Source of the DNA: an uncultured Thermoplasmata archaeon
GTDB taxonomy: Archaea; Thermoplasmatota; Thermoplasmata; RBG-16-68-12
DNA: 64,000 nt
Assembly (NCBI GenBank): GCA_963768855.1
Contig: CAVYJM010000017.1
Span: forward strand, 1 to 64,000
Reading direction: 5' to 3'
Numbering within the stretch: position 1 is the stretch's first letter; each line of letters opens with the position of its first letter. A program made the translations under genes and the position numbers. Of this stretch, positions 36,713 through 46,245 are shown piece by piece. Under the pieces are notes generated by a model that searched no databases, had not been told where the DNA came from, and saw only the letters and a program-made list of their open reading frames with translations.

Positions 36713-39073
36713 TTATCGCCTCCGGAGACGTGGATTGATGACCTCGTCGAATCCTCGGCCGAGGAGGTAGAATCCCAGCGAGAGGAGGGTGATTGCGAGA
36801 CCGGGCGGAACCAACCACCACCAGTAGTACAGCCCGCCCCCGAGTGTCAGCACGGTGGAGAGCATGCCACCCCAGGAGGTCACGTTTGGATCGCCGAGTC
36901 CGAGGTAGCTCAGCGCGGCCTCCGTGACGATCGCGGCCGCGACCCCGAGGCTCATGTAGAGGAAGCTGAACGGCAGCACGTTCGGTGCGATGTGGGTGAA
37001 GATGAGCCGTGAATCGGAGGCTCCCGCGACTCGGGCCGAATCGACGAAGGGACGTTCCTTCAGGGTCAGGACCTGAGCACGGATGACCCGCGCGATGCCC
37101 GGCCAACTGAGGATCGCGAGCACGAAGATGATCACCCAGATGCTCGGGGTGACGATCGAGATGAGGATCAGGACGATCGGGAGGAACGGGAGGACGAGGA
37201 AGATATCCGTCGTCCGCATGAGCAGGGTGTCCGTAATCCCGCCGTAGAACCCGGAGATCAGGCCGACGAGCGTGCCGATGCCGACCCCGAACAGGGCCGC
37301 GAGGATCCCGACGATGAAGGCGACCTGGGTCCCATAGAAGAGCTGGGTCAGGATGTCATGGCCGTTGAAGTCCGTGCCAAGCCAGTACGTGTTCCCCGAC
37401 GGGTACGTGCCGGGCGGCAGCGGGGTTCGGATCGTCCCGAGGAGCTGGAACACGACCGTCTGGGCATGCGCAGAGTCGGTCCAGATTCCGTTCATCTCCT
37501 GCTGGGAGAGGCTCGCACCGTAGAGCGTGCCGCCGAAGGTGCCCGCATAGTACACCGACGTCACGGAGGGCGGGGGGACGACCGAGAATTGGGCGGGGAC
37601 CGCGCGGGACCCCGTCGCGAAGACCGTGTCGAGGGAGATGATGAACCCCGCCTCGTTCATCGCGAAGACCTTCGAGATCTCGGCGACCTCGAAGTAGGCC
37701 CGCAGCTTCCCCGGGATGTAGACGTTGAACTGCGAGATGAACCCCCACGTCTCGTTCACGCCGACCATGTGGGTCGTCTGGTTCACCGGGTTGTAGAATC
37801 CCACGTAAAGGGCCGCGCCGCGGTAGCTGGTCGGGGCCTCGAGGAGCACGAGGGATGTGTCCGGGAGGCTGAACTCACGGAGAACGTTGAGGCCCGACAA
37901 GCCGAGGTCCGCCACTCCAGTCGCCGTGGCGGAGTGGAGCGGGAGATACACCTGGGGCGGCAACTCGGGGACGCGGAGGTATCCGATCGGGCCGGCCACG
38001 TTTGCAGGCGATCCGTCGAGCGTCAGAGGGATCCACGCACGACGCACGCCAGTCACGTTGAACACCTCCAGAGTGTTGTTGGTCAGGGGAAGGAGGATGG
38101 CCTGACCGGCTCCCGAGCGGTACGCGTCTCCGATGTCGATCCAGGCCTGGTTGTAGTAGATGAACGGGGGTGCAGAGAGGGATTCGTTGCTGAAGAGCAC
38201 GGGGCGACCCGTCGGAACGACCCGGCCGAAAGGCCCGCCGAGGTCGCCCGTGTGCACGTAGTCGATCTCGAACACGACGGTGTGATTGCCGTCGGACGCG
38301 TAGAAGAACCGATGCGGCCCTGCCGGGACCTGGATGACCCCTACGGCCAGGCTCCGTTGCGCCGGCGCGATGAGCATGTCACCGGCCGAAGCCGGATCTT
38401 CCCCGGTCCATACGGGGTCGAAGGCGAGGCGGTATTGGAAGATCAGGGTCTTTGAGAAAGGATCCCCCACGATGAAATCTCTCCCGGTGAAGTAGGCGAG
38501 TGCCCCGTTCAACCTTCCATCCCCGGTCTGGCCGCCCCCCGTCGGCGTCGTGATGTTCGAAGCGGGGACGATGTAGTACACCGAGCTCAGGGGGAGCTGG
38601 GGGAGCGGGGTCACGTTGAACGCCTGGGTCACATCCAGACTGAGCGACAGGTTCCCTTCCTGGTACGGGCTCACGTTGAACGTGAGCGGCGGGTACTTCA
38701 GGTAGTCCATGTACAGGAGTCCCCGGCTCGTGTTGTAGTTCAACTCCCACATCCCACCTCCCGTCGCATCGGAAAGGGGCGTGGTGGGGCCCATGACCGG
38801 GGACGCATAGGTCAGATTCTTTGGCAGCTGGTGGACGAACGTGTTGACGACGAACCGGTCCGCCTGGGGGGCCTCGAACAGACGGGGATACGGCGAGATG
38901 ATCGGTGCGAGGACTGCGATGAGGGTGAAGAAGATGACGATGCAGAAGCCGAAGAGCCCGAGCCGGCTCTGGCGAAGGTTCGACCAAGAGCTCCGGAGGA
39001 GGCGTCGAATCCCACGACTCAGCCTCTGGCCGGACGTCCCCGGTGGGGGCGCCGGTGGTCTAGATTCGGACAC
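36713..39073 (-). CDS. oppC: Oligopeptide ABC permease with ~490-aa extracellular insertion
   Basis: OppC_N (GLFGFCIVIFF..APIISPY), YWLGTDFNGHD, RAQVLTLKERPFVDSARVAGAS EAA loop, SWGGML, NPRLR. Confidence 0.9.
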   Translation of the reverse strand: MSESRPPAPPPGTSGQRLSRGIRRLLRSSWSNLRQSRLGLFGFCIVIFFTLIAVLAPIISPYPRLFEAPQADRFVVNTFVHQLPKNLTYASPVMGPTTPLSDATGGGMWELNYNTSRGLLYMDYLKYPPLTFNVSPYQEGNLSLSLDVTQAFNVTPLPQLPLSSVYYIVPASNITTPTGGGQTGDGRLNGALAYFTGRDFIVGDPFSKTLIFQYRLAFDPVWTGEDPASAGDMLIAPAQRSLAVGVIQVPAGPHRFFYASDGNHTVVFEIDYVHTGDLGGPFGRVVPTGRPVLFSNESLSAPPFIYYNQAWIDIGDAYRSGAGQAILLPLTNNTLEVFNVTGVRRAWIPLTLDGSPANVAGPIGYLRVPELPPQVYLPLHSATATGVADLGLSGLNVLREFSLPDTSLVLLEAPTSYRGAALYVGFYNPVNQTTHMVGVNETWGFISQFNVYIPGKLRAYFEVAEISKVFAMNEAGFIISLDTVFATGSRAVPAQFSVVPPPSVTSVYYAGTFGGTLYGASLSQQEMNGIWTDSAHAQTVVFQLLGTIRTPLPPGTYPSGNTYWLGTDFNGHDILTQLFYGTQVAFIVGILAALFGVGIGTLVGLISGFYGGITDTLLMRTTDIFLVLPFLPIVLILISIVTPSIWVIIFVLAILSWPGIARVIRAQVLTLKERPFVDSARVAGASDSRLIFTHIAPNVLPFSFLYMSLGVAAAIVTEAALSYLGLGDPNVTSWGGMLSTVLTLGGGLYYWWWLVPPGLAITLLSLGFYLLGRGFDEVINPRLRRR

Positions 39074-40280
39074 GTGGATCGAGCACCCCGTAGAGGATGT
39101 CCGCGATGATGTTGCCGAAGATGACCAGGACCGAAATCAGGAAGAGAATCGAACCCGCGAGGAACCTGTCTTGGCTGTTGATCGCTAACAAGAGATACGA
39201 GCCCAACCCGAAGTACGAGAAGATGTACTCCAGGATGATCGCACCGCCGACCACGAATCCCAGGCTGATTGCCAAGGACGTGACGACCGGGAGGTACGCG
39301 TTGCGCGCGGCATGGCGCTTCCGGACGATGCGTTCGGAGAGACCCTTGGCCCTCGCGGTCAGGATGAAATCCTCGCCCATGATCTCCAGCATGGAGGTCT
39401 GCATGAGGAGGATGGTCCCCGCGGCGCTGATGGCGACAAGGGCCAGCATGGGCAGGAATCCGTGGATGACGATGTCCGCCACATCGAAGAGGTTGAACTC
39501 CCACACGTGCCAGCCCACGAGGATGCCGCCGATCGCGGCCACGACGCCGCCAGGGAGGAAGCGCCTGACGTTGCCTTGCCCCATCCCGCCTGCCGCGTCC
39601 GGACCCTCGGGCCCGTAACTCGGCCGGCTCCTCCACGCCCAGAAGAGCAAGACGATCCCCACGAGGATGGCGATGGCGCCGAGGAACGTCTGCAATTGAA
39701 TTCCCTGGAGCGGGATGAGTGCGGGGTAGTGTGCCGAGAGCTGCCAGGGGTCGCTCGGGACCGACTGGAACCCCCGTAACGGGAACCACGAGAGGGCGTA
39801 GGCGAAGGCGAAGAGGAGGATGAGCCCGATCCAGAAGGAGGGCATGTTGTAGAAGAACAGGCTCGTGAGGATAACGGCGCCCTCGACGCCCCGACCGCGC
39901 TTCCAGGCGATGTAGCGGCCGACCAAGACACCCAAACCGTATTCGACAATCACGGCGCCGCCGAAGAGGAAGAGTGTGCGGGGGAGGGCTTGCTGAAGGA
40001 TCGAGACAACGGGTTCCCCCGTGCTCGACGACAGCCCGAACTGGAACGTGAACATGTTCACGACGTACTTGTACATCTGGACCCACGGCGGGTCGTTGAG
40101 CCCGTAGTCGTTGGCGACCTTGTCGATGAGCTGAGGCGGGATGGACGGATTCTGACGGAGGCCCGTCAAGGGGCTTCCGGGCATCGCCTTGAACAACAGG
40201 AAGATGATCACGGTGACGATGAAGATGGTGATGACTCCCTGCACCAGGCGACGGACGATATACATCCCCAGGGACGCCAC
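39060..40280 (-). CDS. oppB: Oligopeptide ABC permease with extra hydrophobic insert
   Basis: YIVRRLVQ, MPGSP, YGLNDP..QMY.Y, MPSFWIGL, EDFILTARAKGLS, DPRVR. Confidence 0.9.
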   Translation of the reverse strand: MASLGMYIVRRLVQGVITIFIVTVIIFLLFKAMPGSPLTGLRQNPSIPPQLIDKVANDYGLNDPPWVQMYKYVVNMFTFQFGLSSSTGEPVVSILQQALPRTLFLFGGAVIVEYGLGVLVGRYIAWKRGRGVEGAVILTSLFFYNMPSFWIGLILLFAFAYALSWFPLRGFQSVPSDPWQLSAHYPALIPLQGIQLQTFLGAIAILVGIVLLFWAWRSRPSYGPEGPDAAGGMGQGNVRRFLPGGVVAAIGGILVGWHVWEFNLFDVADIVIHGFLPMLALVAISAAGTILLMQTSMLEIMGEDFILTARAKGLSERIVRKRHAARNAYLPVVTSLAISLGFVVGGAIILEYIFSYFGLGSYLLLAINSQDRFLAGSILFLISVLVIFGNIIADILYGVLDPRVRI

Positions 40281-40370
40281 TCTACGTCACCCCCTCTCCG
40301 TCGCTAAACAGCGATGCCACCTATAAGTACGTTTTCCACGGCACACTCGAACGACCGAAATATGAAAGGG

Positions 40371-40396
40371 GGACCGGGGCGCGAGGGCCCCGGTCC
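40371..40396 (-). terminator. Perfect 10-bp hairpin between oppA and oppB
   Basis: GGACCGGGGC-GCGAGG-GCCCCGGTCC, followed on the minus strand by CCCTTTC. Confidence 0.55.
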
Positions 40397-40403
40397 GTTG
40401 CGC

Positions 40404-43400
40404 CTAGAGTTGTTCCTCCGGCCCGATCTCTTCCTCCGCGGGCTTCGTTCCCGTGTCTTCCGGCGCCGAGGTCGGCGGCTTCTTCCCGCGGCGCGCCAGC
40501 ATCATACCCACGACCACACCCGCCACGACGCCGACCACCAGGAGGGCAATCGCGAGGGCGTAGAGCAGGGTATTGTCCACCGGCGGCGGTGCTTGGATGT
40601 CCACGGAAGTGCTCTGCGTACCGACAGCCACCGTGTGGCTTCCCGCGTCCGCGAACACGTACGAGAACGTCAGGGCCTTCGAGCCACTGGCGTCGATGCT
40701 AACGACCTGAGCGACCGACTTGTTGCCGTCGATCGAGAGCCACACCGTCGTGGTCCCGGCCACCGGCAAGGTGTTCGTCACGGTCACCGTGATCGTCGAC
40801 GCGGATCCGGCCAAGCCCTTCTTCGTAACGCTCAAGCCGGAATACGTCAGCACGGGGTCACTCGCGACGTAGGCCAGCCAGCCGCGCGCGGCTCCGCCGT
40901 ACGGGGTCGTCGCGACAACGAGAGCTTCCGTCGCTCCGAGGGTCGTTGCGACGACCGGCAGGGTCGCCACTCCGGTCGCGTTCGTCACGGCCTGGGTGCT
41001 TCCGCCCCACACGCTCGCACCGGAAATCGTGGCGCCGGTCAACGAGCTGTAGACCGTCACCGTCGCGGTGGTGTTCCCACCCGCGGGCAGCAGCGACTGC
41101 GCGAGAGACACCTTCAGGAACGCGGTGCTCGTGGGCAGGTACAGGTACGCGATCCTCACCGAGAACGGCAGCTTCGCGTTCAGGACCTCGAAGCTCGGGC
41201 TAATCCAGTAGTCGCCGTAGTCCCCGGCGTACAACTGCTCCCGACCGCTGTATGCATAGCGCGGGTCGGACGGGAGATAGTTGAAGGTCAGGGCCTGCGA
41301 CAGACTGACGAGCGGGCTGGTCAGCGTGCACGCGCCGGTCGTCGGCGAGTTGCAGACGATCCGCGTGTAGTTCACCCAGCCCACATCCCAGCCTGCGTTG
41401 CCGGCCGGGGTCTGGTCGTCCGCGAGCAGGGCACCGCTGTCCGGGAAGCGGTTCTTCACGTTCCGCCCGGCTGCGCCATCGCCCGCGGTCAAGAAGACCT
41501 CGGGGTTGCTCACGACGGCCCCGTCCACGCCATAGAACTTAGCGCGGAGCTCGACCTGGTTGCTCTGGGAGGTCACAATCGGCTTCGGGGTGTTGCTGCC
41601 CGGAGCGGTCGTCAGGAACTCGCCCAACGCGAAGATCGGGGCACGTTGCGACACGACGCCCGTGTCGATGACGCCCTGGGCTCCCACAAAGGAGGTCGCA
41701 GGAGTGCACGGGTTCACAGCGAGGGCCAGCGTCTGGCCGGCCGCAGAGCCGATGAACGCCTGCACCTGGATCGCCGAGTCCAGCTTCTCCTGGTCGAAGT
41801 AGAAGCTGCTCTGGTAGACTCCAAGCGCGTCGGTCGTGCTCGTGGCGTTGATGAAGTACTGGCCCGCGAAGCCTCCGACCCAAGTGCTCGGGTCGCAGGA
41901 GTCGATGGTCGTCCCGGTGGCGAGGTTGTCCACGTCGTTGATGACCTCGTAGTCCTCGATCATGTTCTCGACTCCGTAGGCTGCGCCCTGTCCGGTCGAG
42001 TTCTGGAAGGACCCGCCGATGGCGCCTCCGCCGAGAGCCGAGGCATCCAGGTTGCCGCCCGGCTTGTACTCCGGCGTCCCGTAGTCAAACGTGAACGGGA
42101 ACTGAGCCGGGGGTCCGAACGGGCCATAGTCGATGTGGAAGATCACGGGGACGTTCGACACGGGCGCACCGGTTTGATTCCAGACCTGGGCCGAAACGCT
42201 GTCCGTCTGGCGGTCAGGGCTGTACGAGACCATCCGATCCGAGAGCGTTACCTGCGCCGCGATCCCTGGGACCAAAGCACCGCCCGAAACCAAGAGCAAC
42301 ACCGAGTCGGACGTCGCGAAGGCGTTCGCGTGCGGCTGGAACCTCAGCACGACGTTCGTGTTGTTGGTAGCCAACACCGCTGCAGGCGTCTCCGTGACGG
42401 TGAACGAGGCGATTCCCGCCACGTCCGTTACGTCCGAGCCCACTGCGGTCGGAGTCACGGTGATGTTGTTCGTGTCCGAGTACAGGGCATCCACCGTGAC
42501 GCCAGCCTGGGCCGCGCCCGCGAAGTTCGTCACGAGCACCGTGATGATCGTCGAATCCGCCGCCGGGCTGACGATGAAGCCCGGGGTCGCGCTGTCAATG
42601 CTCGTGATGTTCCAGTTGGGCGCCAAGTCGTTCTGGACGACCATCACGATCGACGCGGACTGGGTGTCCGCAGCAATCGTGTTCGCCACAGTGACGTTGG
42701 CCTTCACCACGTCGGTGAGGTGCTGGTTCGGGAACAACGACGCATCCGCAGGGGCGTGGTAGGTGAACGATACGACCCCGCTTGAATCCGTCGTGCCTGA
42801 TGTTGGCGTGACTGTCCCGAGGACCAAGGTCGGGTCGATCGTGATCGGCACGCCGCCGATCCCGGCTCCAGCGGAGTTCGTGACCGTCGCGGTGATCGTT
42901 GACGTCTCTCCAGGTCGGATCACAGGCCTCGTCGTGCTAAGGGCCAGCTGCGCCGTAGGCGCCGGAGGTCCGATTGTGGCCTCCATGACCTTCTGGTTCG
43001 TACCCGATATCGTTCCAGACGTCGCGGTCGTCGTCGCTACACCCGATCCTTGGATGAGCGGGACGGTCCACGTGAACGACGCATGGCCTAGGGCGTCCGT
43101 GGTGCCGGTCAGCTCCGTCGAGTAGCTGCCGAAGGTCAGGTTCACGGTCACCGCGGCGCTCGCGACCGGGGCGCCCGCCTCAGAGACGAGCGCGGAGATC
43201 GGAACACTCTCGCGGTAGTAGACCTGATCTGGCATCGACGTCGTGACGGTCAGGGTGCCCGTGGCCCCAGGAATGAACTGGAACGTCACGGGGCGCAGGT
43301 TCACGATCGTGTAGAAGTTGAACACCCCGAACGCAGCCGAGGAAATCGGCGGGAAGTTCACCCAGCCAGCGAACACGTCATTGCGGTACGCCCCCAGGTT

Positions 43401-45236
43401 CTTGCGGTAGTAGAGGACGTTCCACGGGATGTCGTTGACAACAGTGCCCTCGACATCCTTGATGAGCTGCTGGCGCTTCGTCGCGTCAATCGTGTACAGG
43501 GCCTGGTTGATCTTCTGGTCCACGACCGGGTTGTTGTATTGGGCGCTGTTCGAGCCCGACGGGTTGATGTTCGTGGCCTGGTCGCTGCAGAAGAACGAGC
43601 AGATATAGGCCTCCGGGAACGGACCCAGGGACCAGCCCAGGATGTAGAGGTCGTACGTGATTGGCGCCACTTGGAACTTCGCCACGATCGTGTTGAAGCT
43701 CGTCGGTGCCGCGTCAATGTCAAGGCCCATCGCCTTCAGGTTGTTCGAGATCATGATGCCCGCGTCCGCGCGGACCGGATCATAGTCCTTGGGCGGGGTC
43801 AGGATCGTCGCTTTGATCGGGTTGCCGCTTGGGTCCTTGAAGAATCCCGTGGACGAGTCGATCGTGTATCCGTTCGCCAACAGCAAGGCTCGGCCCGCCG
43901 CGATATTGAAGCTCGGCGGGGACGCGCTCTGGTTGACGTAGTTGAAGTTCAGCTCCGAGACGGGCACCGTGCCCTTCGTGCCGAAGCCGCCCAGCAGGGT
44001 GTTCACGATGTAGTCCTTGTCGATGGCCATCGAGATGGCCTCGCGCAGGATGAGCTGGTCCCAGGGGGCTTTGATCAGGTTGAACGACATGTAGAAGAAG
44101 CCCGAGTCCAGCGACTGGTACGGAGTGATGGCGGGGTTCGATGAGATCTGGTTGAGGAAGCCCGGCGTCACGGACCACAGCATCGTGTCGATCTCGCCCT
44201 TCTGGAGGGCCAAGCTGACCACATCAAGGCTGCCGTAGACGACGAAGTTGACGGCGGTCAGGTAGCTGGGCGAGAACCCGTAGTTGGTTCCCTTCCAGTT
44301 GTGGACCTGGGCCTTCCCCCAGTAGTTGGGGTACACCGAGATCGTCGAGCCGGCGTTCTTCGCCCACGAGGTGAGCATGAACGGGCCCGTTCCCACCGTG
44401 GCGTCCGACTGGGTCATGCCCGAGCCGTACGTCGTGTCGATGGAGCGGTCCCAGGTGTCGGTCACGACGCCTCCAGTGGAATCGGAGTAGTTGGCGAGGC
44501 CGGCCGCGGTCATGTGGTTCTTCCAGACCCCGGAGGGGATGATGGCGATGTCGAGCGTGTCGTAGAAAGCCAGCGAGTATCCGCCGAGGATCCCGCCCGG
44601 CAGGTTGTGGGGCGTGAACCAGAACTTCACCGTGGTTGAGTCAATCTTCGTCACACCGACGTGGGAGCTGCATGCATAGGGCAACCCAGCGGGGACCGTG
44701 CACGTTCCCCCGTTCGCGGTGCTGTTCCACAGGGGGAACTTGGGGGCGGGCCACCAGATACCCTTGGAGATCCCGTTCGCGAACGTGGACCAGCCCAGGC
44801 TCTGGTACGTGAAGATCACATCGTCCGCGGTCATCGGCTGGCCGTTCGTGAACGTGACGCCAGACCGGATGTAGACGGTGATGTTCAGGCCCGAAGCATC
44901 CACACAGTATCCCGGCCCGCCGACCGACCCAGCAGGGCAAGCGGTTCCCCCGCGTGCGGGGTCCGCTAAGTCGGCATAAAGCGCGTAGTCGGGGTCGAAC
45001 GTGAACAAGGGTTCCCAGTTAAATTGGAGCTGGTACCCCTTCCATATGGTGTTCGTAGCCACGTCGAAATAGTCAAGATTCGGCATATCCAGCTGAAGTC
45101 CAACGACGAGGTTCGTCCGCTCACCTTGTGCGGCAGCGTTGCGGGCTTGTCCCAATATGACGAAGCTCGCTGCTATCAGCACATAGACGATAACCATCGT
45201 TCGTAGGCTTCTCGAGCGCAACAGCTTTTGTAACAT
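40404..45236 (-). CDS. oppA: Giant (1610 aa) family-5 ABC substrate-binding protein fused to Ig-like repeats, a CARDB-like domain and a C-terminal TM anchor
   Basis: Signal peptide ending AAA|QG; SBP_5 motifs (FTNGQPMTADDVIFTY, VGTGPFML, LREAISMAIDK); five T[DN]xxGxxxF/L repeats; C-terminal TM + RRGKK; GGAGGAG RBS. Confidence 0.88.
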   Translation of the reverse strand: MLQKLLRSRSLRTMVIVYVLIAASFVILGQARNAAAQGERTNLVVGLQLDMPNLDYFDVATNTIWKGYQLQFNWEPLFTFDPDYALYADLADPARGGTACPAGSVGGPGYCVDASGLNITVYIRSGVTFTNGQPMTADDVIFTYQSLGWSTFANGISKGIWWPAPKFPLWNSTANGGTCTVPAGLPYACSSHVGVTKIDSTTVKFWFTPHNLPGGILGGYSLAFYDTLDIAIIPSGVWKNHMTAAGLANYSDSTGGVVTDTWDRSIDTTYGSGMTQSDATVGTGPFMLTSWAKNAGSTISVYPNYWGKAQVHNWKGTNYGFSPSYLTAVNFVVYGSLDVVSLALQKGEIDTMLWSVTPGFLNQISSNPAITPYQSLDSGFFYMSFNLIKAPWDQLILREAISMAIDKDYIVNTLLGGFGTKGTVPVSELNFNYVNQSASPPSFNIAAGRALLLANGYTIDSSTGFFKDPSGNPIKATILTPPKDYDPVRADAGIMISNNLKAMGLDIDAAPTSFNTIVAKFQVAPITYDLYILGWSLGPFPEAYICSFFCSDQATNINPSGSNSAQYNNPVVDQKINQALYTIDATKRQQLIKDVEGTVVNDIPWNVLYYRKNLGAYRNDVFAGWVNFPPISSAAFGVFNFYTIVNLRPVTFQFIPGATGTLTVTTSMPDQVYYRESVPISALVSEAGAPVASAAVTVNLTFGSYSTELTGTTDALGHASFTWTVPLIQGSGVATTTATSGTISGTNQKVMEATIGPPAPTAQLALSTTRPVIRPGETSTITATVTNSAGAGIGGVPITIDPTLVLGTVTPTSGTTDSSGVVSFTYHAPADASLFPNQHLTDVVKANVTVANTIAADTQSASIVMVVQNDLAPNWNITSIDSATPGFIVSPAADSTIITVLVTNFAGAAQAGVTVDALYSDTNNITVTPTAVGSDVTDVAGIASFTVTETPAAVLATNNTNVVLRFQPHANAFATSDSVLLLVSGGALVPGIAAQVTLSDRMVSYSPDRQTDSVSAQVWNQTGAPVSNVPVIFHIDYGPFGPPAQFPFTFDYGTPEYKPGGNLDASALGGGAIGGSFQNSTGQGAAYGVENMIEDYEVINDVDNLATGTTIDSCDPSTWVGGFAGQYFINATSTTDALGVYQSSFYFDQEKLDSAIQVQAFIGSAAGQTLALAVNPCTPATSFVGAQGVIDTGVVSQRAPIFALGEFLTTAPGSNTPKPIVTSQSNQVELRAKFYGVDGAVVSNPEVFLTAGDGAAGRNVKNRFPDSGALLADDQTPAGNAGWDVGWVNYTRIVCNSPTTGACTLTSPLVSLSQALTFNYLPSDPRYAYSGREQLYAGDYGDYWISPSFEVLNAKLPFSVRIAYLYLPTSTAFLKVSLAQSLLPAGGNTTATVTVYSSLTGATISGASVWGGSTQAVTNATGVATLPVVATTLGATEALVVATTPYGGAARGWLAYVASDPVLTYSGLSVTKKGLAGSASTITVTVTNTLPVAGTTTVWLSIDGNKSVAQVVSIDASGSKALTFSYVFADAGSHTVAVGTQSTSVDIQAPPPVDNTLLYALAIALLVVGVVAGVVVGMMLARRGKKPPTSAPEDTGTKPAEEEIGPEEQL

Positions 45237-45288
45237 AGGTCGCTCCTCCACCTCGAATTCAGGCTAAGTCGGTGGAGCGTGCGGAACG

Positions 45289-45296
45289 TATAAAAA
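45289..45296 (-). promoter_or_regulatory. Archaeal TATA box for oppA
   Basis: TTTTTATA on the minus strand ~53 nt upstream of the ATG. Confidence 0.55.
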
Positions 45297-45416
45297 CTAT
45301 CCGTTCGAACTCTGTCCCGGCCCGCCGGTTCGCAACACATCGATAGAATGGAGGGAAGGCGGCGTGCGGAAATGGCGCGCCCCGACGGTTTATGCGAGCC
45401 GCCGATCCAATCGCGG

Positions 45417-46208
45417 CTACCTCGGGCTCCAGCCCGCGGCGGCTCGAATCCCCTCCAGCCAGATGAGATGAAGCTGGGCGTCCTCGAAGCGAGCTCGCCA
45501 TTCGTCTGAGACTTTCGGCTTCACGATCACGGAGAACGGAATTCCGTAGTCGACATCCATCAAGAAGAGGGGCTCAGGGGGAACGGACCCGAAGTCATGC
45601 CGCGTCCCCCGCAGGGCGTCCTCCACCGCCGCGGTTTTCGCTTCGTCGCGCGCGCAAGCGACCATCGCTGCGACGATCCGCCGGACCATCCCACGACGGA
45701 AGCTACGCGCGCGGACATCGATGAGGATCGCGTCCCCGCTCCTCGAGACGTCCAAGCGATGGAGCGCGAAGGGACCCGAAGGGGGATCCGAGGTGAAGGA
45801 ACGGAAGTCGTGTTCCCCCAGGAAAAGGTCGCCGACCCGCTGCAACGCCGGAACCGAGAGATTCTCGAAGAGATGGTAGCGGTACCAACGCTCCCGCGCA
45901 TGCCTCGGATGAAAGGAATCGGGAACCGACGCGACCCCCCAGCCCCATACGTCCCGCGCCCGGTCGTTGAATGCGCCCACGACGGCCGCGGGCGGCAGGG
46001 AGGAGTCGAAGGCGATCACGTTGCCCACCGCGCTCACCCCGCGGTCCGTGCGACTCGCGCTGCGGAAGAACGCCTTTCCCGGATCGGACAGGATTCGAGC
46101 GGCCTTCAGCGCCGCGAGGCACTCCCCTTCGACGGTCCGTGCGTCGGGCTGGCGCTGATGGCCGTAGAACGCGCGACCGTCGTACGCGAGCTTCAGGGCG
46201 ACGCGCAT
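45417..46208 (-). CDS. truA: tRNA pseudouridine(38-40) synthase
   Basis: ALKLAYDG..FYGHQRQP..RTVEG, ASRTDRGVSA, HDFRSF, SFRRGMVRRIV, PEPLFL. Confidence 0.92.
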   Translation of the reverse strand: MRVALKLAYDGRAFYGHQRQPDARTVEGECLAALKAARILSDPGKAFFRSASRTDRGVSAVGNVIAFDSSLPPAAVVGAFNDRARDVWGWGVASVPDSFHPRHARERWYRYHLFENLSVPALQRVGDLFLGEHDFRSFTSDPPSGPFALHRLDVSRSGDAILIDVRARSFRRGMVRRIVAAMVACARDEAKTAAVEDALRGTRHDFGSVPPEPLFLMDVDYGIPFSVIVKPKVSDEWRARFEDAQLHLIWLEGIRAAAGWSPR

Positions 46209-46245
46209 GCGAAGGTCATAGTATCTAGGATAATATAGCGCACCG

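Noticed and set aside
35365-39073. Inteins as the source of the OppC and OppD inserts
   Set aside because: No Cys/Ser start with His-Asn end and no LAGLIDADG motif
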